Assembly: GCF_037042905.1 (NCBI RefSeq)
Contig: NC_087245.1
Coordinates: 44,208,001 to 44,272,000, forward strand
DNA from: Lytechinus pictus
Lineage: Eukaryota
Direction of reading: 5' to 3'
Length of the DNA: 64,000 nucleotides
Position 1 is the stretch's first letter. Each line of letters begins with the position of its first letter. Positions 1 through 13,286 of the stretch are shown one piece after another. Position numbers and translations under genes: made by a program. Below the pieces are notes generated by a model that worked only from the letters and a program-made list of their open reading frames with translations, had not been told where the DNA came from and searched no databases.

Positions 1-884
1 ACAGATGGGCGGGTGCTCGGGATGCCCCCCCCCCCCTCAAAAAAAAAATCATGACCAAGAAAAAGAGTGGACAGGAAATAAAAGGAAAGACAGAAAGTAA
101 AATGTGTTATTTTCTAAATATTTTGTCAAAATCTATCACAAAATTTGATATTGTAATAAAAAAGTGGGAATATTTGCGTGCTCACTTCGCTCGCTCACAA
201 CTTTTTAATACATTTTACCCGATCTTCCATATCTAGCTCCTTCAAAATTGACTCAATACATACAAGGGATTCATGTCATTGAAAGACATGAATCCCTTCC
301 TGTGTTTACTGTCAAGCAAATAAACTTGGTCAAGGAATTAATGACCCCTTGAAAAAAAGGTTCATGTCTTTTAAAGGTACATAACATAGTTTGTTTCACA
401 TAATAAAAGGATTTGAATAATAACAAGTTTTCCCAATTAATAATTCAAATCTTCTTGCTTGGGTTGACAAAAAATCTTCTTTTCTCAGTTACTTATGAAG
501 GAAAATTAAAAGGTAAGAGAAGTTTAAATGAAAAAACAAAATATCAATTAAATGAATAAATTTGTGAATGAAATTTGACAGCATAATTCGAAAATTGTGG
601 CACAGATAATGAAAAGGACAAGAGGAAGTCTCCCGATTAGCAAGAAGTCTGATCATCTGATCATCATATTATTCATATTCTGCAATTCTGGCGCAAGCCT
701 CTTTTTGAACCCCCAACAAAAACGTCCTGCGTTCGCTCAAGCATGAACAAAATTTATCTTTTTTAATTGCATTTCAAAGATAAGACCTTAGCGCATCTAT
801 TAACACCAAAATATAGACATCATTATTTGAAACAAAATTTTTATAGACTTTTCAAATCTGTCCCGTTTTTTTTTATACGCACTG
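1..884. mobile_element. Right part of a non-autonomous Tc1/mariner-like element nested in the Academ-like copy
   Basis: Ends ...TATACGCACTG followed by TA (885-886), the same terminus as at 38304. Confidence 0.75.
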
Positions 885-3809
885 TATAGTACAGCCAATT
901 TTAATTTCTTGCAATGACTTGGATATTTATTGCATATTTATTGAAAAAAAAAATCACCGTTTTGAAACCCCCATTGAGGCAAAAAGTCATTTCTGATTAG
1001 AACTCTGCCTTTTTTACTACCTTGAAACCACTTGGAGAGGAAACAATCATGGCAATAGGCTTTGCTCTATCAGCTACATACAAATATGTGCTGGCAAATA
1101 CATGTAAAAGCCTACTCCCTTCAGGGGACTGTCGAAATTACCCCCCCCCCCTCTTGAAATTCACCATTTTGGAGCCCCCATTGAGGCAAAAGGGTATTTC
1201 TGATATATAGTTCTGCATTTTTTCACCCTTGAAACCACTTGGAGGGAAAAGAATAAAGGCTTTGCTTTAAAAGCTACATATAAAGCATATCCCCATCAGA
1301 GGACTGTTGAAATAACCCCACCCCCTTTTCATTATTGCTTATTTATTGAAAATTCACCATTTTGGTGCCCCCATTGAGACAAAAAGGCGGTTCTGATATA
1401 TAGTTCTGCCACTATCACCACCTTGAAAGAGTAGACTTTCCTCTATCAGCTATATAAAGAAGTGGCTCTACTATATACCAGAAACACCTTTTTGCCTCAA
1501 TGGGGGCTCGAAAATGGCGAGTTTTTCAATGAATTGGCAAAAATCGTAAAAAAGGTGGGGTTACAGCTACATGTATAGTCCCTGAAGTGGGTCAGGCGTC
1601 GATATGGCAGCAATTCGACATATATAGCTGAAAGAGGAGAACCTACTCTTTGCTCTCCAAATGGTTTCAAGAAAATGAAATCGGGTTTTTTTATACAGCA
1701 GAAGTGCATACTACCTCAATGGGGGCTCAAAATTGTGAATTTTCAAATAATTAGGCAATAATGCAAAAGGGATGGAATGGTTTGACAGCCGCCCAGATGG
1801 GTAAGCTTCAATGTGCCAACACTTCTTTATAGGTAGCTGATAGAGCAAAGCATATTCTGTCCAGCTACTCTTTCAAGGCAGTAAAAGTGGCAGAACTACA
1901 TACATGTATCAGAGATTCTTTTTTACCTCAATGGGGGCTCAAAAATTGTGAATTTTCCAATAAATAGGCAATAATGCAAAGGGGAGAGGGGGTGACTTTG
2001 ACAGCCCCCAGAAGGGGGTAGGCTTTTATTTGCCAACACATCTCTATAGCTGATAGAGCAAAGCCTATTCATTCCTCTCTAAGCGGTTTAAAGGCAATAA
2101 AAGTGGCAGAACTATATATCAGAGACGCCTTTTTGCTTTAATTGGGGCTCAACAATAGTGAATATTCAACAAGTAGCCAAATACCGAAAATTAGTGAGGT
2201 AACTTTTACAGCCTGAAGGAGATAGGCTTCGATTTGCCAACACTTCTTTATATGAAGCTAATAGAGCAAAGCCTACTCTTTCCTCTCCAAGTCATTGCAA
2301 GTAAATAGAATTTGCTGTACTCTATAGTAGAAACGCCCTTTTGCTTTAATAGGTGATCCAAAATTGTGAATGTCTAATAGATAGTCAAATACCGAAAATT
2401 GGTAAGGTAAATTCTACAGCCCGCTGAACATTCTGAAGGGGAGAGGCTTCGATTTGCCAACACTTCTTTATAGCTGATAGAGCAGTCTATTATAATACTC
2501 TTTCTTCTCCAAGTCATTGCAAGAAAATAAAATTGGCTGTACTATATAGTAGAAACGCGCTTTTGCCTCAATGGGTGATCCAAAATGGTGAAATATCCAA
2601 TAAAATAGGCAATATACATGATATAGAGGGCGGGGGGAGGGGGTTGACTTAGACAGCCCCTGAGAGGGCTAGGGTTCGACGTGCCAGCGCTTATATATAT
2701 GTAGCTGATAAACTCTACTCTATTCTACTCTTTCCTCTCTAAGTGGTTTCAAATCAATAAAATGGGGTGTACAACAAAGCACAAACGCTTTTTGGCCTGA
2801 ATGTTGGGTCCAAAATTGTAAATTTTCAAATAAATTGGCAATATTAAGCAAAAGTTCCCCCCACCCCGAGAGGGGTAGGCTTCGATGTGCTACTTCTTTA
2901 GATGTATAGCTGGTAGAACAAGCCTATTCTTTCCTCTCCAAGTGGTTTCAAAGCAATCAAAGTGGCTGTACTGTATAGCAGAAATGCCTGTTTTTGCCTC
3001 CGTGGGTGCTCAAAAAATATGTTATTTTTTTAACAAATAGGCAATATACAACAACATGATATAGCAAAGGGGTGACTTCGACACCCCCACCCCCATGAGA
3101 GGGTCAGGCCTTGATGTGCCAACATTTTTTTTTATGTAGCTGATAAAGAAAAGCCTACTCTTAATTCTCCAAGTGGTACAAGCGGAGATAATTGCATTTA
3201 ATTTTTAACTACCGGTAAACATTATACATACATGCATTATACATGTTATACGTATTTAGTCTATGGAAATGCATACAAAAAGCAACATTTATGATATTAA
3301 AGAATTCAAGTTTGATACCTTACAAATTTGCTTAGAAAAATGATACAAAGTTGAAATTTCATCCACGTGATAATAATATATTTAAAAAGTTTTCAGGAAC
3401 ATTTCAAGGTAATTGATTCATTTTTCTTAGAATTATGTAAAATCATGTATTTGCAAAATTTTCAATTTTTGGGAAAAAATACAAAAAAATGCAGTTTTCT
3501 ACTTAAAATCTCGGCTAAATTACCTACTTATCCCCTATAAATAGTACCAAATTGTAGGAAATTTAATTGGCTTTCATATGACACTAACTTCATGGCAATT
3601 GGATGCTTATGTCAAAATCTATGTACGAATATTCAAATTTTATGAAAATTTGGCGGCCATTTTGAAAAAAGCGCCCTCACAGGTTAATTTTCAGGATACA
3701 GCCTGTTTACCTCATATATTCATATTCAGCGTAAAAAACTGGTTTAGAAGCATTATATGAACATTTCTCCTTCTCCAAGTGGCACCTTGCTCAATTATAA
3801 CCCGGACTA
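1..3809. mobile_element. Partial copy (left end outside the window) of a long-TIR non-autonomous DNA transposon, Academ-like, carrying a nested Tc1-like element
   Basis: Colinear and near-identical to 35362-41519 apart from the LINE present there. Ends ...TTATAACCCGGACTA followed by TAT. The flank beyond it differs from that of the other copy. Confidence 0.8.
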
Positions 3810-3868
3810 TATACAACCGATAATGTCGCACCAACGCATAATGTCGCAGCAACGCATAATGTCGCAGA

Positions 3869-6532
3869 TTGCGATATTATGCCAAGAGCGTCCAACGCAT
3901 AATGTCGCAGTCAACGCATAATGTCGTAGTTTTTCTAACGCATAACGTCACATGTCGCAACGCATAATGTCGCAGCAAAGTGTCAACACATAATGTCACA
4001 TGTCGCAACGCATAATGTCGCAGCGGTATTTTCTTCAGGACTCGAGCTACAGATAAGATATGAAATACGCTTTCACTAAGTATTTTGAGTCACGAGAAAG
4101 AGAATTTGGAAATCAGGATTACTCTTTGTATGGATATTCATCGGTTTATTGCCATTTCGTCTACTGCCTTTTCCCCACTATCGCATGGTCTGATATAATT
4201 TCGTCTCCCATTAGTTAGTCAACAACTATCAACATAGTCCAATAACCATTTCGTCTAATTACCATCTCGTCTAATAGCCAGTTGGTCTAATAGCCGTTTT
4301 GTTTATTATCATTTAGTCTAATTGTATTTTTTTTCAATTGGTCCAATATCTACTTTGTCTACTCTCATTTCGCCCACGTTCCATTTGGTCTAATTTGGTC
4401 TAACTTCAGATGGTCCGCTATCACTTTGCCTAAACCCATTTCGGCTAACAATCATTTGGTATCGTTGCCATGGGTCCAATCACCAATAGGTCCAATCACC
4501 GGTATTTTCTTCAGGATTCGAGTTACATAACTAAACAATTGACGGCAGCGCGAGCCGAAAAAAATAGATTTCGGATCTAAGAACATAACAGGACACTCTT
4601 TTAATGTTTTGTAAATCGTAAAATGCATGGGTAACTAGGTATCTTCCTAGATTAATGTTAATAATGCGAGCAGAAGTTTTGTTGATATTTTAATCGGAAA
4701 CTGGATAATTCAAGCACGTTATAAATATATAGAACAAGCTGCGTATCTCAATAAACTTGCGTGCTGAGTGCGCGTTTTTTCTTTTTTTTGACCTAGAATT
4801 TAGGCATTTTGAATACATGTTTTAATCATTTCATTTATTTCCGTTTCACAATGTTGTATATAATGAACATATCATTAAAAAAAATATATAACATAACATA
4901 ACATCTTATAAAACATAATAAGGCCTATACATTTAATAAACACAATTAATAACATTAAGCTGCCTTAAATATGTTTTTTTTTTTTTTTTTTAGAGTAAAA
5001 CGGAGGGGCTGCCGAAAACAAGCAATGCTTGTATGTGAGGCCAGCGCTTAAACTTAGTTTCATTACTTAATTTTACACAAATGCATAAAAATATAAAGCG
5101 AGAGCGAAGCGCGAGCTAAAAATACTTCATATTCCAGTCCGAAAAGTGGTAAATTTAAGCACTTTTTCAAGCACTATGCATGAAAATTCTGAAGTGGATG
5201 TGGACTCGAGCGCGAAGCGCGAGCGAAAATTTTAGCCCGATATAGTACATGGTGATTTTTTTGTACCTGGTTGCTAAGAAAGCATGAATACTTGTAAGCA
5301 AGGAACCAGAGAACCGACGGCTTAATGTCCTCTCCAAGAGACCTGTTAGATATAATGACTATTATGCCTTACCAAGGGACACTAACGCACCAATTAGGAA
5401 TCAAATGCATGTCACCGGAATCAGAAACCCCCGTTTTACCGACTGAGCTATCGCGCCTCTTTTGAGACATGACATTTTTTTTTTCCAAGTCTTCACCTCA
5501 CCCTATTTTATTCACTCTTCTGTCTGCTCTTATTTTTCCTCATTTTCCCTCCTCTCTTTCCCCGTTTTTTTCTATTTTCTTTCGTTCCCCTTCCTTTTTC
5601 ATGCGGGGGGGGGGGGGGGCGGGGGGAGCCGGGCCTTTCCCTGAATCCGCCTATGCCCTGTCGGCGGATGGTAAAGGGTTTTTTGCACTCGCGAGCTGAT
5701 CTGAACCACAAATCAGGAGTAGTACTGCAACAAGTCGGCAATGATACATAGAGTCACCGTAGAGGTCTAGTGCCAGTAGACCAAATATGGTTATAAGATG
5801 AAATGAATATGCCTATTGGACGAAATGATGATTGGACGAGATGGTGATTGGACCTATTGGTGATTGGATCCATGGCAACGATACCAAATGATTGTTAGCC
5901 GAAATGGGTTTAAATAGACAAAGTGATAGCGAACCAACTGAAGTCAGACCAAATGGAACATGGACGAGATCAGAGTAGACCAAGTGGTTATTAGACCAAT
6001 TGGCTATTAGACCAAAAGGTAATAGACGTGGCGATATTGGACAAAGTGGATATTGGACCAACTGAAAAAAAATACAACTAGACTAAATGATAATAAACAA
6101 AACGGCTATTAGACCAACTGGCTATTAGACGAGATGGTAATTAGACGAAATGGTTATTGGACTATGTTGATAGTTGTTGACTAACTTATGGTAGACGAAA
6201 TTATATAAGACCATGCGATAGTGGGGAAAAAGGCAGTAGACGAAATGGCAATAAACCGATAAATATCCATACAATGAGTAATCCTGATTTCCAAATTCTC
6301 TTTCTCTTGTCTCAAAATACTTAGTGAAAGCATATTTTATGTCTTATCTGTAGCTCGAGTCCTGAAGAAAATACCGCTGCGACATTATGCGTTGCGACAT
6401 GTGACATTATGCGTTGACACTTTGCTGCGACATTATGCGTTGCGACATGTGACGTTATGCGTTAGAAAAACTACGACATTATGCGTTGACTGCGACATTA
6501 TGCGTTGGACGCTCTTGGCATAATGTCGCAAT
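3869..6532. repeat. Foldback element with ~630-bp inverted arms containing CAACGCATAATGTCGCAG and ~15-bp sub-repeats
   Basis: 3869-4500 is the reverse complement of ~5838-6532 (e.g. CAGCGGTATTTTCTTCAGGACTCGAGC vs GCTCGAGTCCTGAAGAAAATACCGCTG). The spacer contains other repeat fragments. Confidence 0.8.
5265..5459 (-). mobile_element. Degenerate tRNA-derived SINE, same family as 18735-18947
   Basis: The minus strand begins GAGGCGCGATAGCTCAGTCGGT and aligns by eye with the 18.8-kb copy. Confidence 0.7.
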
Positions 6533-6668
6533 ATGTGATCTCAATTTTAAAGCAGCTATAACTTTCTTATTACTTGTCCGATTTCTTTCAAACTTTCACC
6601 ATTCTGTTTAATTTATTTTTCTCCTTCCCAACACAATATTTTATGGCCAAGGCTGGATTTCCCTTTAA

Positions 6669-9232
6669 AGCTGGTATCCTATATAATGACATCACTGACC
6701 ATTTACCTGTTTTTTCTATGACTGAAAATAAACGCATTGAGAATGCTTTTAGATCACATCAGTCAAATTATTCTATGAAATGTATAACTTCTACAACTAT
6801 CAATGCTTTGAAAAAAGAGCTCTCTGAGATTAGTTGGACTGATGTATTATTATTTGACAATGTTGACTTTGCTTATGAACGATTCTTGTATAAATTCAAT
6901 GAAGCTGTAGATAAAAAGTGTCAAAAGAAATGTCGTAAAAAGAAATATGTTCCAAGGAAACCTTGGGTATCTCCTTCTATTCTAAGATGTATTAATAAGA
7001 AAAATAGACTCTATAAGATATTTTGTATTAAACGTGATGTTCAATCGCATACTAAATTCAAAAGATATCGTAATATCTTAAATAATACACTAAAGCTTGC
7101 CCGTAAGCAATATCATTGCGAATTATTACAAGCAAATACAAATAATCTTTCTAAGGTATGGAAAATTTTAAACAACTTAATTGGCAAGGGCAAAAAGTCT
7201 GATTTCCCCTCATTCTTCAGAAAAGATGGGAATAAAATTAGAGATGAAGACATTGTTGAAGAGTTTAATACATATTTGTCTAATATTGCTTTATTAGCTC
7301 GTTCAAAGTTGGACAAATCAGTCATTTCTAAATTTACTTCATATTTAAAGAATCCTTGTAGTAAATCGTTATTTTTAAATCCAACAAATGCTAATGAAAT
7401 AATAAATATTGTAACTAAGCTGAAAAGTACTAATAGTACAGGTTTTGATGTTGTTTGTACTAATTTAGTCAAAAAGGTTATCCAACTTATAGCTGATCCA
7501 CTAGTTCATATCATAATTAGAATGAGCAAAAAGATATGTTTTGGGGTATATTTTCAGCGTCCAAAAGGGGAGAGTTGTTCATCTGTGACATCATAGATCT
7601 TGGTCGCATTGCCAATGGGAGGATCTCCATAGCATTAGTGATCTCGACATTCAAATGCTCATAACTCTTCTATTGCTAGTCCTATTTTACTCAAACTTTT
7701 GTTGATCTTATTCTTTGATTTTTCTGCTTTCACAAAAGCTAACTTGCTCCAAGAGTTTCATTCTCCTTTAACTCCTTTGAAAATAATCTACACTCTTTTG
7801 GCATTTTCCTTGATTTAAGCAAAGCATTCGACGTTATTGATCATAAAATTCTTCTGTATAAATTAAAACATTTTGGTATTCGGGGCATAGCATGGGATTG
7901 GTTTTTTAGTTACTTAAACGATATATATTAATTCACCTTTTTTTTAATAACTGTCAATCTTCTTATTTTAAAGTTCAATGCGGAGTACCGCAAGGTTCAA
8001 TATTGGGGCCACTTTTATTCATTTTGTATGTCAATGATTTATGTTATGTATCTTCTTTTTTTCGCTTTATACTTTTCGCAGATGACACTAATATAATTTC
8101 TTCACATAGTAATTTTAATGAACTTTTAAATGAAGCTAAGAAAGAGTTATGCAAAGTGACAGACTGGTTTGGAGCCAATAAATTATGATAAAACCAATGT
8201 TATGTATTTTTGTAAACCAAACATTTCGTGTAATATATCTGATGTTAAATTAAAACTAGGTTCGACAATCCTGAATGTAACTTAAACAGTCAAATTTCTA
8301 GGTATAATTTTAGATGATAAATTAACTTTTACTAATCATCGTTTACATATTTGTAACAAAATATCAAAAAGTGTAGGAATACTGTGTAAATTGAAATCCA
8401 TATTACTTGAAAAGAATTTAATTATGCTATATAACTCTTTGATTCTACCTTATATTCAATATTGCAACATAACATGGGCCAGTGTTGGAATAACTAAATT
8501 GGATTGTATCCACAAACTCCAGAAAAAAGCACTACGCATTTGCAGCAATTCTCCATATCTGACACCATCAGGGCCATTATTTTTTAGATTAAAAACAATG
8601 ACAGTCTACGATATTCATAAATTTAAGATTGCTACACTTATGCACGCAGTTAGATATAGATATGCTCCTATTAATATCATCAATCCTTTTCAATATAACT
8701 ACGACTTTCACCGATACAATACTCGCTCTGCTAATAGCTTTCATTACCCTAAAACAGCTTCAACCTTCATTCTGGACTCTTCTAAGTTTACCGGACCACG
8801 AATATGGAATAATCTCAATGTATGCCTTTTTTTCATGTTCAACTGTTTCTTCGTTTAAATGCAAACTCAAAAAGATCATTATTAGTACCTATTCCTAATT
8901 TGAATTCAAACTCACCTCATTTATATATGTATTATTTTTGTTAATGAATGAACCAAGATGATGGATGTTCGGGTGTGCTTTTGTGTGTGATGATGACGAT
9001 GTTTCTCGGTGGATGTGTCTGTGTGTGAATGAGCATGTTTCGCTTCCCCCCCCCCCCCTCTTCATCTGATGTGTACATATATTAATTACTGTATTCTTTG
9101 GAGGCTTCTTATTTTCAAGTGTAAACTTTTTGTTGCCCTCCTTTTCTTGTAATGATATTTCTATATACGAATGTACAATTTGATGATGTTTTATTATTAT
9201 CAAGAATAAATTGAATTTGAATTGAAATTGAA
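6669..9232 (+). mobile_element. 5'-truncated, degraded CR1-group LINE (end of APE domain plus RT)
   Basis: Motifs [36 protein letters not shown] and LFADD, broken by stops and frameshifts. Ends AATAAA plus a (TTGAA)n tail. Confidence 0.9.
7517..7770. mobile_element. One-ended TTAA-terminated (Kolobok-like) fragment interrupting the LINE
   Basis: LINE coding similarity stops at LVHII and resumes after ...CTCCTTTAA, with part of the RT missing. Confidence 0.45.
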
Positions 9233-9418
9233 AGTAAAATTTCGAGCATTTTTGTAATCATGAAAAAAGATGTGTAACTATCTAAAGAATTAACGCGAAG
9301 GGCGAGCAGAGATTTTTAATATACTGACCAGAAAAGGAACCTGTGAAAGACTGCATGGCATTTAGTGACTCATAAATAGGAGAAATATATTACCAATCGA
9401 ATAATGTGAATGCGACTA

Positions 9419-9640
9419 CACTGCAAAAACTCCGGAATCTAAATATGTCCACACCAGAGAAGTGTTAAACAACACCGGTTTGGGCATTAGTCTAACACCA
9501 GATAGGTGTTCATACAAAACCAATTAGTTTTAAAACAGCATCGGTTTGATTCCAAAATGGTCACTGTTGTTTCAATACTTCTCTGGTGTGGACATAGAGA
9601 TTCCGGGCTGGTGTTAAATCAACACCGGGGGTTTTGCGTG
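9419..9640. mobile_element. CACTG-terminated MITE (EnSpm/CACTA-like), decayed copy
   Basis: Palindromic; inverted copy of 10775-11019. Confidence 0.7.
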
Positions 9641-10072
9641 AGCTGACAATTTGTGATATTCTAACCTGAAAACTGGACATTCTAAGCATAATTTTGTAAC
9701 CAGGAAGAGAATGAGTACCTTAATAAATGGTAATTGATGCGAGCGCGAAACACCAGCCAAAATGTGTAATATTCCAACCTGAAAATTGGAGATTCTAAGC
9801 ATTTTTGTTACCAAGAATAGGATGAGTACCTTACTAAATAATAATTGATGCGAGCGCGTAGCGAGAGCCAACATTTTTTGTGACTTTTAACCTGAAAACT
9901 GGACATTTCAAAACAGGAACAGAATGAGTACCTTAATAAACGATAATTGATGCAAGCGCGAAACAAGAGCCAAATATGTGTGATATTCCAACCTGAAAAT
10001 GGATATTCTATGCATTTTTGTAACTATGAACAGGACGAGTACCTAAATACTAAACAATAATTGATGTGAGCG

Positions 10073-10521
10073 CGGGGGGGGGGGCTGTCAAATGTATTGC
10101 TGTACACACGCGTGGCCAAATTACTTCCAAACACCCCCTAAACGAGCTTTTCTCTGTGTGCAAAATAACCCCCTAAACAAGTTTTTCGCGGGCTTTATTT
10201 AAACATTTTGGCCCCTAAAGAAGTTATATGTCACAGAATATAACCCCGGGGAAAAAGCTTTGGAAAAAAAAACATATCCTATAAACACGTTTGTTTAGTC
10301 TTGAAAAAAAAAGCTTTGGAAAAAAATACCCTAAATACGTTTGACCCTGCGATTAATCATTGACCAGTCTTTCAAAACTACCCCCTTTTTTTTAAATCGG
10401 TGTTTTTGATACCCTTAACGAGTGCACGCGCGGCCCGCTTCCAAAAAAAACCCCACCCCTTTAAACGTGTTTTTTTTTTGGTCACGCGTGTGTACAGCAA
10501 TATATTTGACTGCTCCCCGGG
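10073..10521. mobile_element. Non-autonomous TIR element with poly-G / CCCCGGG ends
   Basis: GTCAAATGTATTGCTGTACACACGCGTG is inverted to CACGCGTGTGTACAGCAATATATTTGAC. Confidence 0.7.
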
Positions 10522-10774
10522 CCTAAAATGAATTATGTTTTACTTCAAAAAGGGAATTTCATTTTGAAAAAGGGCACATTTCATTAAAAAAATGGGTATT
10601 TTGCATTTTGAAAAAAGGGCATTTTTTTCAGATGGGGGATTTTTTTGGGGGGAGGGGCAAGTGCCCCCTGCCCCCCCCCCCCGGTTCTGCCACCCCTGCA
10701 TACCTGTATGCATTTATATTTTGTTCTCATGTTAATGAAAAAGTTTCTCCAGGGCATCCCCTTCTCGATCCATA

Positions 10775-11019
10775 CACTGCAAAAACCCCGGTGTTGATTG
10801 AACACCAGCCCGGAATCTATATATGTCCACACCAGAGAAGTATTGAAACAACACCATTTTGGAATCAAACCGCTGTTTTAAAACTAATTGGTGTTGTATA
10901 AACACCTATCTGGTGTTAGAATAATACTCAAACCGGTGTTGTTTAACACTTCTCTGGTGTGGACATATATACAGTAGATTCCGGGCTGGTGTTAAATCAA
11001 CACCGGAGTTTTTCAAGTG
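10775..11019. mobile_element. CACTG-terminated MITE (EnSpm/CACTA-like)
   Basis: ~80-bp TIRs and a 2-bp TA duplication on both sides. Confidence 0.8.
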
Positions 11020-11510
11020 TACTCTTCCAAAACGGGCTGAATATTACATTACCCCTCGCCGACATTCCCCGGATTTACGCTAGCTAGTGGCCATGTACGT
11101 ACATATCATTTAGAAGAGACAAGCGCGCACACGTCTTTAAAACCTGTTTGTTACATGATCGCTTTGTCAATATCGATCCTATAGAGAAAACGCTCGTTGA
11201 CAAACAAAAACTGGAATACGAGCACACATGTGTGCTTTGCGTAATTTCAAGGTGGTCTGAGTGCAGTGTCTACAAAAGTAGTACAATTACTGGCAGCCAG
11301 CTTTTTTTCTGCAACAGTCATACGAGTAACGAGCCTCGTAACATTTCATTTCGACGGGTGACTTGAAATCCATCTAGAGACTAAGGAGGTGAGTCGACTA
11401 TGGTTTCACGTTGTGTAGTTTTATTTTGTGTATCATTTAATCATATTCATAATAGTGATTACTTATTGCAGTATGCCTCACTGCATAGGTTCAGGTTGTT
11501 AACTATATAT

Positions 11511-11810
11511 GGAGGCAGCGTAGCTCAGTCGGTTATGTTTCGGATAAGATCGTAGATCTCAACGTGAGGGGTTCGAGTCCCGCTCATGCCGAAACGCGTC
11601 TAACAAAAAATATGATGCTGTGTAAGCGCGCCACACCACTGTATTTAGTGCAGGTGTGTATGCAGTTGGAAAACACTATGTCCATCGGAAAGGACGCAAA
11701 TGTTGGTCCCGTGTATAGGAGAGTCAACCTATGCACGTTAAAACCAATAGACTATTCATCAAAGAGTAGGGTGTTCACCCGGTGTATTGCACCTGCCGGT
11801 CCCAACAAAA
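11511..11810 (+). mobile_element. tRNA-derived SINE with a Deu/Nin-like central domain
   Basis: A box TAGCTCAGTCGG and B box GGTTCGAGTCCC. The segment GGTCCCGT..GCACGTTAAA..AAGAGTAGGGTGTTCACCCGGTGT resembles the DeuSINE core as I recall it. Confidence 0.7.
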
Positions 11811-11846
11811 TTCCGGTCAAGTCAATCTTGACGTTCACATGCCATA

Positions 11847-12527
11847 GGGGGGGGGGGGCACTTACATTGACGAGTGGATACCACGCGCGACCAAAAAAAA
11901 CACGTAAAAAGGATGTCGTTTTCAAGATAGGGCACGTTACGTACGTAACGTGATAAGGGTGTCAAAACACAAAAATATTGAAAAAGGGTATCTATTTCGC
12001 TCGGAAAAATATACGTGATTAGGGTCAAATATGCGGGGATGATAAAACAAAATCAAAATGCTTTATAAAGGATGTCCTTTTTGCCCCAACACTACGTGTT
12101 TAGAGTTCGATTTGCGCGAGGTGTGGAAGGTGGGGCCGTACTAAACCAAAATAATGGTGTCTAAAGGTAAAACCGACGACCGACGGACGCGTGACATAAC
12201 AATAAAATATCTCTGTACTTGTTTCGGGGTTCATTTCAGGGAATACTTGCTAAGCCTGAGTATCGTTTTGTTTCCAATACTTGTTAAGGGGTGCATTTTC
12301 AGAATATGGAAAATACATCGCTGTACTTGTTTAGGGGCTCAGTTCTGGGAATACTTGCCAATAGTATTTGTTTCCAATACTTGTTAAGGGTAGGGTTTCA
12401 CACGCCAATACTTGTTAAGGGGTGCATTTTCAGAATATGGAAAATACGTGTTTAGGGTGCTTTTCAAGACCCCGTGGTCGCGCATGGTATCCACTCGTCA
12501 ATGGAAGTGGCCCCCCCCCCCCCCGGG
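11847..12527. mobile_element. Non-autonomous TIR element with poly-G/poly-C ends and an 8-bp flanking duplication
   Basis: CACTTACATTGACGAGTGGATACCA is inverted to TGGTATCCACTCGTCAATGGAAGTG. ATGCCATA occurs at 11839-11846 and 12528-12535. Confidence 0.8.
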
Positions 12528-13221
12528 ATGCCATAATAATCAATATGATGATTGTGGGCATTAACGGAAAGACAAGACAAAACATATTGTAGAAACGACA
12601 GCGACAAAATTATACTCAATATTGATTTATCGCGTTCGTGCAGCAACTGGTGTCAGTCAGTGCATGGGCATATAAACTAGTCTGTTTTATAACTCCAATT
12701 CGTTTTACAATCAATCAGTCTTTGAACCTTCCCTGCACGGTCCTCCTTTTTTGATAAGATTGCAAAGATGACAGATCTGGACTCAATGGAAAAAAGCTAT
12801 GAAGTGAATTTGGTTGTTGAATAATTATTCAGATAATGTTTTTCAGGAATAATATTGTAAATTCTATTGATAATAATGATAAAAAAACTAGAATTTTAAT
12901 TCGTCATGAGGACGAATTAGGTGATCTGTCTCTGATTTTCATGATCACGAATACAATCACCATGTTTATTGAGATCAATACGATAATCATACTGAACACT
13001 GAACTTTTATTACGAAAAGAACATGTTGAATACTCTTGAAAAGAGAGAAATGAGAAGTTTTGTGAAATGGGTGTAGGTGATACACATGGTACATGTTATA
13101 TTAAAAGGGTTTTTAACATATTTTATTGTGCACTATTTTAACTTATATACCTTGTAATGGTCATAAAGGACCATTTTTGAAATGTTGAAAAGAAACAAAA
13201 AGGAAAAAAAAATATCATGTT

Positions 13222-13286
13222 CACCCCTGGGCTCGAACCCTGGACCCTAAGGACGCAAGTCTGATGCCTTGCCAATTGAGCTACAT
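13222..13286 (-). pseudogene. tRNA-like / SINE-head remnant
   Basis: A box TAGCTCAATTGG and B box GGTTCGAGCCC on the minus strand; no convincing acceptor stem. Confidence 0.5.

Noticed and set aside
3578..3760. Conserved 60-aa ORF present three times (also 33792 and 41288)
   Set aside because: It lies within the TIR of the Academ-like element; the conservation reflects repeat identity.
6574..7596. 340-aa ORF as a host gene
   Set aside because: It is a LINE ORF2 fragment with non-coding repeat sequence fused at both ends.
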